Position numbers and translations under genes: made by a program
Shown here: positions 17,894 through 26,409 of the stretch, in pieces
How the letters are laid out: every line of letters starts with the position of its first letter
How positions within the stretch are numbered: the first letter of the stretch is position 1
The notes under the pieces: model-generated
What the model saw: only the letters and a program-made list of their open reading frames with translations
Database searches by the model: none
What the model was told of the DNA's origin: nothing
From: a virus
Taxonomy: Duplodnaviria; Caudoviricetes
Direction: 5' to 3' (one strand)
DNA: 40,347 nucleotides
IMG/VR virus record: IMGVR_UViG_3300012940_000049
Location: 1-40,347 of that record

Positions 17894-18757
17894 TTACGCA
17901 CCACACAGCGCGAGAATCTGTGCCCGCCGCTCGTTGGCGGCGATGATCTCCGCCTCATCCTTGGAGGCGTTGCGCTTGTTCTTCGGCCGCTTCTGCGCCG
18001 CAGCTTTCACGGCTTCCGGCGCGTGCCTGAAAGCCGTAAGCGCTGCAACGCTCCAGCGGGCTCCGATTTCTTCGGCTCCGATTTCTTCGGCCCCGTTTTC
18101 CGCATGGGGATCATCCGCGCCGTTTTCAGCTGCGGAGCCCGCGCCGTTTTCTCTGCCTTCCGTATCATCGGCCCCCGCAATCTGATCGATGAACCCGTGC
18201 TCCAACGCTTCGGCGGCGGTGAACCACGTCTCCGCATCCATCCACTCGGTAAGCTGCTGATCAGAGATCCCCGTCTTTTTCGCGTAGTCTGCGCGAATTG
18301 ACGCGTCCACCTTACGCAGCAGCGCGGACGCTGCATCATGCTCGGTGGCGTTGCCGATCGTGAATCCCCATGCGTTGTGGATCATGAGGAATGCGCCGTC
18401 CTCCATTACGACGCTATCCGCTGCCAGGGCGAGATACGACGCGGCGGATGCTGCCAGCCCATCCACGTACGTGACCACCTCCTTGCCGTTGCGGCGCGCG
18501 TCGTTGATCGCTGCAACCATCGCGCGCGCCTCAAACACATCGCCGCCAGGCGAGTTGATCCGCAGGTTGATCCGCTTGCCGCTGGCGGACTTGATCGCGT
18601 CCGCGAAGTCGGCAGCGCTGATCCCCCAAAAGCTGGAGATCACATCGTAGACGTAGATGTCAGTAGAATCCGCGCTACCTTCCGCGCGCAGGCTGCGGCG
18701 GGGTGGGCGGCTGTTCTCCGCCAGGCTCCGCGCCCGATCCGTTATCTGCGTTCTCAT
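17894..18757 (-). CDS. ClpP-like head maturation protease
   Basis: LRINSPGGDVF, DGLAASAAS, LMIHNAW, ETWFTAAEALEHGFID. Confidence 0.95.
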   Translation of the reverse strand: MRTQITDRARSLAENSRPPRRSLRAEGSADSTDIYVYDVISSFWGISAADFADAIKSASGKRINLRINSPGGDVFEARAMVAAINDARRNGKEVVTYVDGLAASAASYLALAADSVVMEDGAFLMIHNAWGFTIGNATEHDAASALLRKVDASIRADYAKKTGISDQQLTEWMDAETWFTAAEALEHGFIDQIAGADDTEGRENGAGSAAENGADDPHAENGAEEIGAEEIGARWSVAALTAFRHAPEAVKAAAQKRPKNKRNASKDEAEIIAANERRAQILALCGA

Positions 18758-20123
18758 CCTGTCCCGTGCCTTTCTGGTTGGGCGGGAAATACACCTGACT
18801 GCCGCCCGGTACAGGCGGAAGGTTTTTCATCTTCCGCACCTCGTCTACAGACATCCACCCCGCGCCCTGTGCTCCGCCAAGTGCAGCACGGAAGTACGCC
18901 GCTTCCGCTGCCGAGTCTCCGCGCATCAGCGCATCCGTATCGAATGCTGTGTAGTAGCGCGCGGAGCGGGGCCAAAACTTGTAGTTCATCTCCTGCTCGC
19001 CACGCTGGAGCGGACCACGTAGCGTGTAGCGCACGAAGCCCAAGCCGATCTGCTCCAGGCCCGCACCCCACGACGTTGTTTTCTCCGTCTCGCCAACCAT
19101 GAACGGAGGCACGCCGAACGCGCGGCATATGTCTACCACTTGGAAAAGCCTAGTCTGTAGAAGCTGCGCCGACTCGGCATCAAGCGACAACTGCGCCGCC
19201 TTCGCGCCGTGCGTAAGGATTAGCGGGAGGTGTGCGTTTTCCAGGCCCGTGTACCGCCGCTGAAACTCCGCGCGCAGATCCTCCACCTGCGCATTTTTCA
19301 GCGCGCCCGGTACTTCCAGTGCGAAGCGCGGAGTGGCGCCGTTGGAGAAGAAGCGCCCCGCGAATTCCTCCGACGCGAGCGCAATCCCTACTGCTTGCTT
19401 CGCCGCGTACTGGATCACGGACATTCCGTGCGTGCCGTTGAATCCGAATCCGGGGAAGTGCAACACATCATCCTGATCGAATCCGAAGTATCCTTCATCC
19501 GTATTTACGTAGTAACGAAGGCGGTACTTCACGCGCTCGATGATCACGTTCTGGCGCGGGATGGGGATGATCTCCTGCACCTGCCCGCTGCGGTTGCGCG
19601 CGATCACCGCGATCCCGTCACCGCGCAAAAGCTGGTCCGTCTCCATCCACTCCCAGAATGATGCCGCGGAGCAGAAGGAAACAGGCCGCTCATTCAGCAG
19701 CCACCACAGCCCGTTGGCCGCATCTAGCGGCGCCCGCTTACGCGTGCCGTCCTCCCCGCGCTCATAGATGGGGAGAGGCATACCCGCTACAGCCTCTGAA
19801 AGCAGCCGCGTACACGCAAACACGGTAGCGGCCTTGAGCGCGGTTTCCGGCGTAACGAGTGGGCCCGCTACGCTGGCCGATCCGCCAAGTAGATCCTGCA
19901 GCAGATCCCATCCGCGCGAGATCGGTACATCCTCCGCGCTAGCGGAGATTTGCTGCTGTGCGGCCTGTAATGCGGTAGTCGCCTCCTGCAGCTGCGCTCC
20001 CAACTTCTCCACCTGGCCTGACTGCATCGCTACCACGTTACGCAACTGCTCGGCGGCAGCGGCGGCGCGGAGCGCGTGTTCCTCCAGGTCAGCCACCCGC
20101 TCCCTGTCTTTGCCCGTGATCAC
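18675..20123 (-). CDS. portal protein, HK97 family
   Basis: Probable GTG start at 20123 (GTGA overlap with the upstream stop); VFACTRLLSEAVAGMPL, LLRGDG, FFSNGATP, ICRAFGVPP, EVRKMKNLPP. Confidence 0.95.
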   Translation of the reverse strand: MITGKDRERVADLEEHALRAAAAAEQLRNVVAMQSGQVEKLGAQLQEATTALQAAQQQISASAEDVPISRGWDLLQDLLGGSASVAGPLVTPETALKAATVFACTRLLSEAVAGMPLPIYERGEDGTRKRAPLDAANGLWWLLNERPVSFCSAASFWEWMETDQLLRGDGIAVIARNRSGQVQEIIPIPRQNVIIERVKYRLRYYVNTDEGYFGFDQDDVLHFPGFGFNGTHGMSVIQYAAKQAVGIALASEEFAGRFFSNGATPRFALEVPGALKNAQVEDLRAEFQRRYTGLENAHLPLILTHGAKAAQLSLDAESAQLLQTRLFQVVDICRAFGVPPFMVGETEKTTSWGAGLEQIGLGFVRYTLRGPLQRGEQEMNYKFWPRSARYYTAFDTDALMRGDSAAEAAYFRAALGGAQGAGWMSVDEVRKMKNLPPVPGGSQVYFPPNQKGTGQDENADNGSGAEPGGEQPPTPPQPARGR

Positions 20124-20467
20124 GGGTGCACCTCCAGATCGCCCACCACGTACGTAAGCCCCGCAGCGCTCGGAACGATCCTGCGTAGCTCGTATGTCCA
20201 CACCACCAAGCGCGCGGGGAGATCCTTGGTGAGCGCGCTACTAAGCGTAAAGCGCACGCGGCCCACCGTCGGATCGTGATGCGCTCCCGGCGCACTCTCC
20301 ATGCTCCCGACGATCTCCGCGTGCTCATCGCGCACGACAAGCCGCACCGTGTCCGCGCTGATGTCGGGCGCGCCCGTCTCATCCTGCAGGCCGAACGTCA
20401 GCGCGTGATCGTCTCCGCGTCTAATGGCTATGTTTATCCGCGCCGGTAGCAGCGAAATCTTTTCCAT
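20120..20467 (-). CDS. small Ig-like / BppU-N-like structural protein
   Basis: IRRGDDHALTFGL...DIS...GRVRFTLS...T..L...YELR pattern. Confidence 0.6.
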   Translation of the reverse strand: MEKISLLPARINIAIRRGDDHALTFGLQDETGAPDISADTVRLVVRDEHAEIVGSMESAPGAHHDPTVGRVRFTLSSALTKDLPARLVVWTYELRRIVPSAAGLTYVVGDLEVHP

Positions 20468-20474
20468 AATCTCC

Positions 20475-22019
20475 CTACTTGGTAACTCGCACAGCGTCTA
20501 CGGTGGCGCCCACCACCGCGCCGATGACGCTAGCGCCGAAGAAGCGGCGGCTAGCGCCAGCCGCGATGTATCCAGTGGGGAGGGCGGTAGGCGTCTCCAC
20601 GATCGCCCGTACCACGTTGGCCTGCGCGATCCCGGCGGCTGTGCCGATGCCGAACACACCACGTACGCCAACCGCCTGCGCCGATCCCGTGGCGGTGGCG
20701 GAGCCCGCGCCTAGCACGGTACGCACGGCGCCCGCTACAGCCTGACCCAGGCTGATCGCGAAACCAGCGCCGCGCACGGTAGCTATGCCTGTAGCGCTCG
20801 CACTACCAGCGCCGACCGACGCGCCCACCGCCCACACGTCCACGCGCGCCGTGGCGGTGGCGCTGCCGGTAGCCGTGGCGTCCGCGCTAGCCAGTACGCC
20901 GACGCGCGCCGTAGCGGCAGCGCTGCCGACACCCGCCGCGCTGCCCCTACCGACCTGCCCGCCAGCGATCACCGGCACAGCTGTAGCGGAGCCGGTAGCG
21001 GTAGCGCTGCCACGTGCTAACGCGGTAGCCACGCCCGTGGCGGTGGCGCTGCCCGTAGCGGCTGCGCTGCCCTGTGTCAGCACGCCCCGGACACCCACCG
21101 CCGCCGCGCTCCCGAGGCCCGCGGCGCTACCCGCCCCGGTGATCGACTGCGCCCCGGTGACTATCGCACCCGCACCTACACCAGATGCGGTGCCCGCCGC
21201 CAGGACGCCTACGCGCCCCGTAGCTGCGTTTGAGCCCTGCCCCGCACCCTCACCCCTAGCCAGCACCTCAACGCGCAACAGTGAGGCAGCGGAGCCCGTT
21301 CCAGCCGATGTGCCCGCGCCAGTGACCGTGGCGACAACGCTTCCGGCCGCGGACCCCACCCCGGACGCTGAACCTTTGCCCAGTACCCCCACCCGCGCCA
21401 GGCCCGCGGCGGACCCCACAGCCTGTGCGGAGCCTGTGGCAAACCGCGTGGCCCGCCCGGTTGCCGTCGCGCTCCCGATGCCCGCGGCGCTGCCCGCTCC
21501 GGTGACGGGACCGCCGCCCGTGGGCGTGTCATCGAACACAACATCTACGCCGTAAATCGGCGTGCCGAAAAACTGGTCGGGGAATGCTACGGCGCCGTAT
21601 GCGTACACGTTATTCGGCGCGGACGGATTGACACCCGCCGGGAAAGTCAGCGGGCCGTTCGTGCGCGCCGCAGACATGCCGCTGCCATCGTCTACGTAGA
21701 ACCCACCCGCCGAGTGCGCTGACGCGATGTACGTACCCGCCGCGATCGGAATCGGAGAATCGAAGTTGATCTGCTCCCAACCGGCGGGCTGCGTGGTGGC
21801 GCGGGCAGTACCGACCTTCCTACCAAGTAGCGCTCCACCCGTAGTCCATAGGCTCACGGTGCGCGCCGTGGTGTCTCCGTTGGGCGCTAAGTGATGGACG
21901 CGCACACCTACGATCGAACCTGGTACGGAGACGGTAAAGCGTACGCCGATATTGATCGGCTGCCCGTCGTTCGCGCCGTTGGTTGCTGTGTAGTCGGTAA
22001 GTACGGAGTAGGTAGCCAT
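20475..22019 (-). CDS. fibre-like protein: N-terminal DUF4082-like domain plus about 15 Gly/Ala/Ser-rich 20-aa repeats
   Basis: IGVRFTVSVPGSIVGVR...SLWTTGGALLG...GWEQINFDSPIPI...YIAS...YGVDVVF matches the DUF4082 pattern. Confidence 0.75.
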   Translation of the reverse strand: MATYSVLTDYTATNGANDGQPINIGVRFTVSVPGSIVGVRVHHLAPNGDTTARTVSLWTTGGALLGRKVGTARATTQPAGWEQINFDSPIPIAAGTYIASAHSAGGFYVDDGSGMSAARTNGPLTFPAGVNPSAPNNVYAYGAVAFPDQFFGTPIYGVDVVFDDTPTGGGPVTGAGSAAGIGSATATGRATRFATGSAQAVGSAAGLARVGVLGKGSASGVGSAAGSVVATVTGAGTSAGTGSAASLLRVEVLARGEGAGQGSNAATGRVGVLAAGTASGVGAGAIVTGAQSITGAGSAAGLGSAAAVGVRGVLTQGSAAATGSATATGVATALARGSATATGSATAVPVIAGGQVGRGSAAGVGSAAATARVGVLASADATATGSATATARVDVWAVGASVGAGSASATGIATVRGAGFAISLGQAVAGAVRTVLGAGSATATGSAQAVGVRGVFGIGTAAGIAQANVVRAIVETPTALPTGYIAAGASRRFFGASVIGAVVGATVDAVRVTK

Positions 22020-22076
22020 CGGCCTAGCCTCCAGCGGCGCGCGTTGTTTCCGTGTCGCGCCCCACGGTACTAGCGA

Positions 22077-22454
22077 TTACTGCGCGAGGGGGCCGATCAA
22101 GAAATCCAGATCACCAACGGCGATCGTGAAGTTGTCACCGGCGTTGACGGTCTTGGTGGGGCTGATCGTACCGGACTGCTTGAACGTACCGGCAGTAACA
22201 GCCGACCAAACCGAGAAATGCGAAATCGTCCCCGCCAACGCACCCGTGTACGAAAGCTGCGCCGAGTTGTCGCGGACGCGGTTGGTCGTTGACGTGGTGC
22301 CCGCCGCCAGCGTGAGCGTGGCGCGCCCGCTGGAGGGATTGAGCACGTTCGCGGTTCCGTTCGGACCAGGATCGCCGGAGTGCAGCTGCACGAAGTGTCC
22401 GTCCAGCAGCCCAAGCATCGCGTCAGCGTGAGCGGTAGAGTAACCAACTGCCAT
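22077..22454 (-). CDS. small phage fibre-type structural subunit
   Basis: GGAGG RBS; VQLHSGDPG...ISHFSVWSAVTAGTF...KTVNAGDNFTI pattern seen in small phage fibre proteins. Confidence 0.7.
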   Translation of the reverse strand: MAVGYSTAHADAMLGLLDGHFVQLHSGDPGPNGTANVLNPSSGRATLTLAAGTTSTTNRVRDNSAQLSYTGALAGTISHFSVWSAVTAGTFKQSGTISPTKTVNAGDNFTIAVGDLDFLIGPLAQ

Positions 22455-22465
22455 ATCATTACCTC

Positions 22466-24175
22466 CTAGAGCGCTACAAAGTAGCTAGGTTCTTCGTCCT
22501 CGATTTCCTGCCCCATCCACATGCCGATTGCGCCGATCAGCGCTACCGCACCATCGATCTTGGATTCGGGCCGTTCCTTGCGCGGGAACACATTTTCCTT
22601 GGCATCCTCCTTAGCCGTTACGTTGGAGAGACACCAAGTAAGTACCGGGTTGCCGTCGTGGTGGAGGCGTTCCGCCAGGATCAGCTTATCGGTTTCTTTC
22701 ATCGGCTCCGAAAAGTTCTTTACGGTTTGCCCGTACTCCAGCACGGGGAAACCTTCCGCCTGCATGCGCGTAGCAAGCTGCGTAGCCTGGAACGGATCGT
22801 AACCGAGTAGCTTGATCTCGCACTCGGTACGCAACTCCTTTAGCCGTTCCTCGATGAACTCGTAATCCGTAATGTTGCCGGGAGTGGCGGTGATGTACCC
22901 GGCCTCCACCCACGCGTCATAGGGCGCGGTCTTTACTTCGTGCACGCGTTCTTCCGGCAGCCAGAAATGCGCGAACGCGGAGAACGTACCCGCCTCACGA
23001 AACACCACCAACATAGCGGCTAAGTCTTTCTTACTAGCTAAGTCGAGGAACACCACGCAGCGCTTTGACGAAAAGTCCGCCAGCGTGATCTTGCGCTCGC
23101 ACTTCTTCCAGGCTTCCAGGTTGAAGTACGGGCTACGCGCAGTAACCCACTGGTTCAGATGCTTAGTACGGAAGATGCCCGACTTGCTGCTGTTGAGGAT
23201 CGCCTGCCGCTGTTGATTGCGCAGATACTCGATAGAGACGGACACGCCAGCGTTGGGGTTGGCCTTCCACAGTGCCGCCTCTGTGGTCCAATCCTCATCC
23301 TCGTCTAGCGTGTAGATGAGCGCGAAAAGTTCGGGGTCGTCAGCTACGCCGTCAAGCATGTTGGCGCACTGTACGTGCAGCTGGCGGCAGGGCCCCGCGA
23401 GATCCACGCCCGCCGTTGTGATCACCAACATCAGCGGTTGAGCGCGCGCACCCATGCCGGTTTGCATCGTATCGAATAACGTAGCGTCCAGGTGTTCGTG
23501 GAACTCATCGACGATCGCGCACGACGGGGAGGCGCCGTCACCGGGCTTGCCGATGATGGGCTCCATACGCGAATCCGTCTTGCTACTGCGTAGTGCTCCC
23601 GCAAATACCTTGACGTTCAACGCGCGCTGCAGCTTAGGCGTTTTCTCCACCATTTGCTTGGCGGGGCGGAACACCTCCCACGCCTGCTGCTCACTGGTAG
23701 CGCCGCAATACACCTCCGCGCCTTCCTCGCCGTCAGCGAATGCGAGGTAGATCCCGAGGCCCGCCGCGATCGTGCTCTTTGCGTTTTTGCGCGGCACCTC
23801 CAGATACGCGGTACGGAAACGGCGGGTGTCATCGCTAACACGTAGCCACCCGGTGACGCACGATACGAAGAACACCTGCCACGGCTCAAGCTTGATCAAC
23901 TCGCGGCGCTTCGCCCACTCGCCTTTGACGTGCGGCAGCTTTTCGATGAATCGGCACGCGCGCCCCGCCGCCTCGCTATCAAAGTAGTAGGCGAACGGAG
24001 CACCTCCCTTCTTCTTCGCGGTTGCTGCGCGCTCAAGATCATCGAGGTGCCGCTTGCATGCGCGGATCGTTTTGCGGCTGGCGAGAATGCGGCCCTCTAC
24101 CACGTCCAGTGCGTACTGCGTAGCGACCGCGCCGAAGTCTCTACTTGGCGAACTCATCGAAATCGTCGGGGTCAT
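22466..24175 (-). CDS. terL: terminase large subunit (Terminase_1 type)
   Basis: Walker A PRKNAKST, Walker B AIVDEFH, coupling motif ITTAG, nuclease DLASKKD and KIDGAVA; the start may be ATG 24157. Confidence 0.96.
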   Translation of the reverse strand: MTPTISMSSPSRDFGAVATQYALDVVEGRILASRKTIRACKRHLDDLERAATAKKKGGAPFAYYFDSEAAGRACRFIEKLPHVKGEWAKRRELIKLEPWQVFFVSCVTGWLRVSDDTRRFRTAYLEVPRKNAKSTIAAGLGIYLAFADGEEGAEVYCGATSEQQAWEVFRPAKQMVEKTPKLQRALNVKVFAGALRSSKTDSRMEPIIGKPGDGASPSCAIVDEFHEHLDATLFDTMQTGMGARAQPLMLVITTAGVDLAGPCRQLHVQCANMLDGVADDPELFALIYTLDEDEDWTTEAALWKANPNAGVSVSIEYLRNQQRQAILNSSKSGIFRTKHLNQWVTARSPYFNLEAWKKCERKITLADFSSKRCVVFLDLASKKDLAAMLVVFREAGTFSAFAHFWLPEERVHEVKTAPYDAWVEAGYITATPGNITDYEFIEERLKELRTECEIKLLGYDPFQATQLATRMQAEGFPVLEYGQTVKNFSEPMKETDKLILAERLHHDGNPVLTWCLSNVTAKEDAKENVFPRKERPESKIDGAVALIGAIGMWMGQEIEDEEPSYFVAL

Positions 24176-24674
24176 TCGCGGGTGCTCCAGCCGTCATGCT
24201 GCCTACTACCTTGCCGAACTTCGGCACCTTCGCAACGGAATCGGGCGTAAGGCCGTGCATGGCGTACAACCTGGTTAGCTGTGTCTCGATTTCCTGCAGC
24301 TGCGCCAGCGCCGGGTTATTGCGTAGCACCTTCTCGCCTGTGGTGGGGGAGGTGACACGCTGTACGAACTTGCGCCCGAGGTTGCGCCGCATTTCCACCG
24401 CGCGCGCCTCCAACCGCGCCAGGTGGGCGATGCTGCGGACGAAGGGAGCAACAGCGGTGCCGAGCGTCCGCATCTCGGAAACAACCTGGCGGAAGATGCG
24501 CTGCTGTTCTTCGTCAAGATCCTTCGGCGGCTCTACCGTGTTGATGTCCGATACCGGAGCGCCCGACGCTTCCGCCGCCGCGCGCGCACGCGTTAGCGCC
24601 ACGTCTGGATCGCGATCCTTGCGATACGTGCCGCGCTTTTTCTTCTCCTCAACGGGAACAAATTTCCTCGGCAT
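24141..24674 (-). CDS. terS: terminase small subunit (P27-like)
   Basis: Probable start MPRKFVP at 24674; KKKRGTYRKDR, PPKDLD, NPAL, GLTPDS; directly upstream of terL. Confidence 0.88.
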   Translation of the reverse strand: MPRKFVPVEEKKKRGTYRKDRDPDVALTRARAAAEASGAPVSDINTVEPPKDLDEEQQRIFRQVVSEMRTLGTAVAPFVRSIAHLARLEARAVEMRRNLGRKFVQRVTSPTTGEKVLRNNPALAQLQEIETQLTRLYAMHGLTPDSVAKVPKFGKVVGSMTAGAPANDPDDFDEFAK

Positions 24675-24759
24675 CTTCGCTACTCCGTACGCTAGCAGGT
24701 AGCGTGCCAACTACCAGCTAAGAACCCGCGAAACGGCTAACTCCTCGTATACGGGGTTA

Positions 24760-24860
24760 TTTCCTAGGAAAAGTCCCCGTCTAGAGAAGCGTCTGGCGCG
24801 CGGTTTCGCCGTAGGGCGCCCAAACCTTTCCTACCCCCTACCTACCCCCTACGGGGTAAG
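24760..24860 (-). other. probable cos / packaging-initiation region
   Basis: Non-coding gap between the HNH module and terS; minus strand has a tandem TAGGGGGTAGG x2 (24830-24851) and then AAACCGCGCGCC, the layout typical of HNH-terS 3'-cos phages. Confidence 0.5.
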
Positions 24861-24908
24861 AGCGCGTTGGCACGCGGCTTGCTTAGTCGGTAGCGCCTAC
24901 CTACTTGC

Positions 24909-25094
24909 TTACACGCAACAGCGCGTGCACATGCAATCTGTAGCGTGTTCTTCGTCATCCTCCGGCTCACTGTGCGGGCCTGGGCATTCGCAATCCGCGT
25001 AGTGGTCCGCGCATTCGTCGCACCACGGCTGACCGCAGCACGGACACTCGCTGCAATCCGCGGCGTATTTGATCGGGCGGCGGAAATCGACCAT
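24909..25094 (-). CDS. Cys-rich acidic microprotein (12 Cys in 61 aa)
   Basis: Co-oriented with and 8 nt downstream of HNH; CxxC, CxC and CC motifs. Confidence 0.65.
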   Translation of the reverse strand: MVDFRRPIKYAADCSECPCCGQPWCDECADHYADCECPGPHSEPEDDEEHATDCMCTRCCV

Positions 25095-25102
25095 GCGTGT
25101 AC

Positions 25103-25489
25103 CTACTTGCTAGCGCGCCGATCGGCGTGCGTCTTAGCGACGTGGCAGGAATGACATAGCGACTGCAAGTTGTCTGGATCGTGCGTGCCGCCCTCGCGGA
25201 GAGGTATGCGGTGATCTACCTCGCTCGCTTCTCGCGTGCGGCCTACGGCGCTACAGCGCTCGCACAACGGCTGCTCCATCAGCTGGCGTGCACGCGCTCT
25301 ACCCCATAGCCGCTTGTCGTATCCACGCTGGTGAGCCGTACCGCGTGCATCGTCGTATCGCTTATCCGCGGAGGTGCGCTCACGTACCGGCTTGGTGGGG
25401 CGGGGGTGAATGCTGCAGCGGCTGCTACCAGCTACGGCTACCGAGAAACATCCTGCCTTGCTACACAGCTTCGGTGGTGCGCTCGGCAT
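25103..25489 (-). CDS. HNH endonuclease (terminase-associated, HK97 gp74-like)
   Basis: Probable start MPSAPPKLC at 25489; RGY..W...QPLCERC...VDHRIP..GG....NLQSLCHSCHVAKT. Confidence 0.93.
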   Translation of the reverse strand: MPSAPPKLCSKAGCFSVAVAGSSRCSIHPRPTKPVRERTSADKRYDDARGTAHQRGYDKRLWGRARARQLMEQPLCERCSAVGRTREASEVDHRIPLREGGTHDPDNLQSLCHSCHVAKTHADRRASK

Positions 25490-25493
25490 CTCG

Positions 25494-25748
25494 CTACCCT
25501 CTACCATTCGCCACACGCGGCGCCGTTTCCTCGGCACGGTCCTGCCGCGTACGCAGTACCAGCACCTCACCCTCTACGTGCCGCACCCGATCGTCCAGGC
25601 GCTGCACCGTAGCGGCCAGCTGCGTGACGCTCTCACGGATACCTCTACCGACATACGCCAGCACGCTCACGAGTAGCCCGCCAGTGCTCACCAGCACGGT
25701 GACGATCAGGCCCCAGGCCCACGAAGGCACGGAAATAGCGCCGTCCAC
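25494..25748 (-). CDS. single-TM membrane protein with coiled-coil tail (holin/antiholin-like)
   Basis: Hydrophobic residues about 10-33, then QLAATVQRLDDRVRHVEG. Confidence 0.6.
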   Translation of the reverse strand: MDGAISVPSWAWGLIVTVLVSTGGLLVSVLAYVGRGIRESVTQLAATVQRLDDRVRHVEGEVLVLRTRQDRAEETAPRVANGRG

Positions 25749-25798
25749 GGAAACCCCCTAACGCTGTAGCAGGATTGGGCGGCGCGCCGAACACGCGC

Positions 25799-25857
25799 CT
25801 AAGCACACTGAACCCAGTGTGCTTAGAACATTCATGCACCGCGGCAGGCAAAGTCAA
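25799..25857 (-). promoter_or_regulatory. candidate late promoter (TTGACT -35, weak -10) followed by a 12-bp perfect hairpin
   Basis: Minus-strand TTGACT at 25852-25857 just after the regulator stop; ctaagcacactg-aacc-cagtgtgcttag at 25799-25826. Confidence 0.5.
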
Positions 25858-25861
25858 TGGG

Positions 25862-26215
25862 CTAGAACAGGGGCTCAATCCCCGCCTCAACCAAGCCCAG
25901 TGAGACAAGGCGGCGGTCCAGCTGCGCATATGCCGCGTGGTGGTGGCGGCGCACCGTCCGCTCGCTGATCCCGAGGGCCCGCGCCACCTGGCGATGCGAC
26001 ATCCCAACTGCATGCCCAACGAGCATGCGCCGCGTACGATGGTCGTACTGCCCCACCGCCGCCATCACCGCCGCGCACGCTTCCCGCCGTGCAAGCGATC
26101 CCTCGCGGCTGCCTTGCACCCGCACTCGGCTGTAGTCGATACCCTGCAGCCCGCTACCAACTAGCATCGCGGCGGCAGCAGCTACCGCCTCATCGGTCGT
26201 ACGCCAGATCGCCAT
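25862..26215 (-). CDS. sigma70 region-4 type HTH protein; probable late transcription regulator
   Basis: GMSHRQVARALGISERTVRRHHHAAYAQL; sits upstream of the packaging operon. Confidence 0.8.
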   Translation of the reverse strand: MAIWRTTDEAVAAAAAMLVGSGLQGIDYSRVRVQGSREGSLARREACAAVMAAVGQYDHRTRRMLVGHAVGMSHRQVARALGISERTVRRHHHAAYAQLDRRLVSLGLVEAGIEPLF

Positions 26216-26383
26216 GAGCTACCCCCTACGCATCAGGTGGGCGGGGCTGTACCACGGTGGCGGGAGGGAACGCAACGGAAGCGGCCTAACACGTAAATCG
26301 GAGCCTAACGACTAAATACGCTTAGTTACTAGCTAAGAGCCCTCTGGCATGGGGTATGTCAGATCCTTATTTCTCCTGATGGG

Positions 26384-26409
26384 AAAAAAAATTATATATA
26401 AAAGAATAT
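26384..26409. other. AT-rich island in the divergent control region (candidate origin unwinding element)
   Basis: aaaaaaaattatatataaaagaatat within an otherwise high-GC genome, just upstream of the primase-helicase. Confidence 0.45.
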
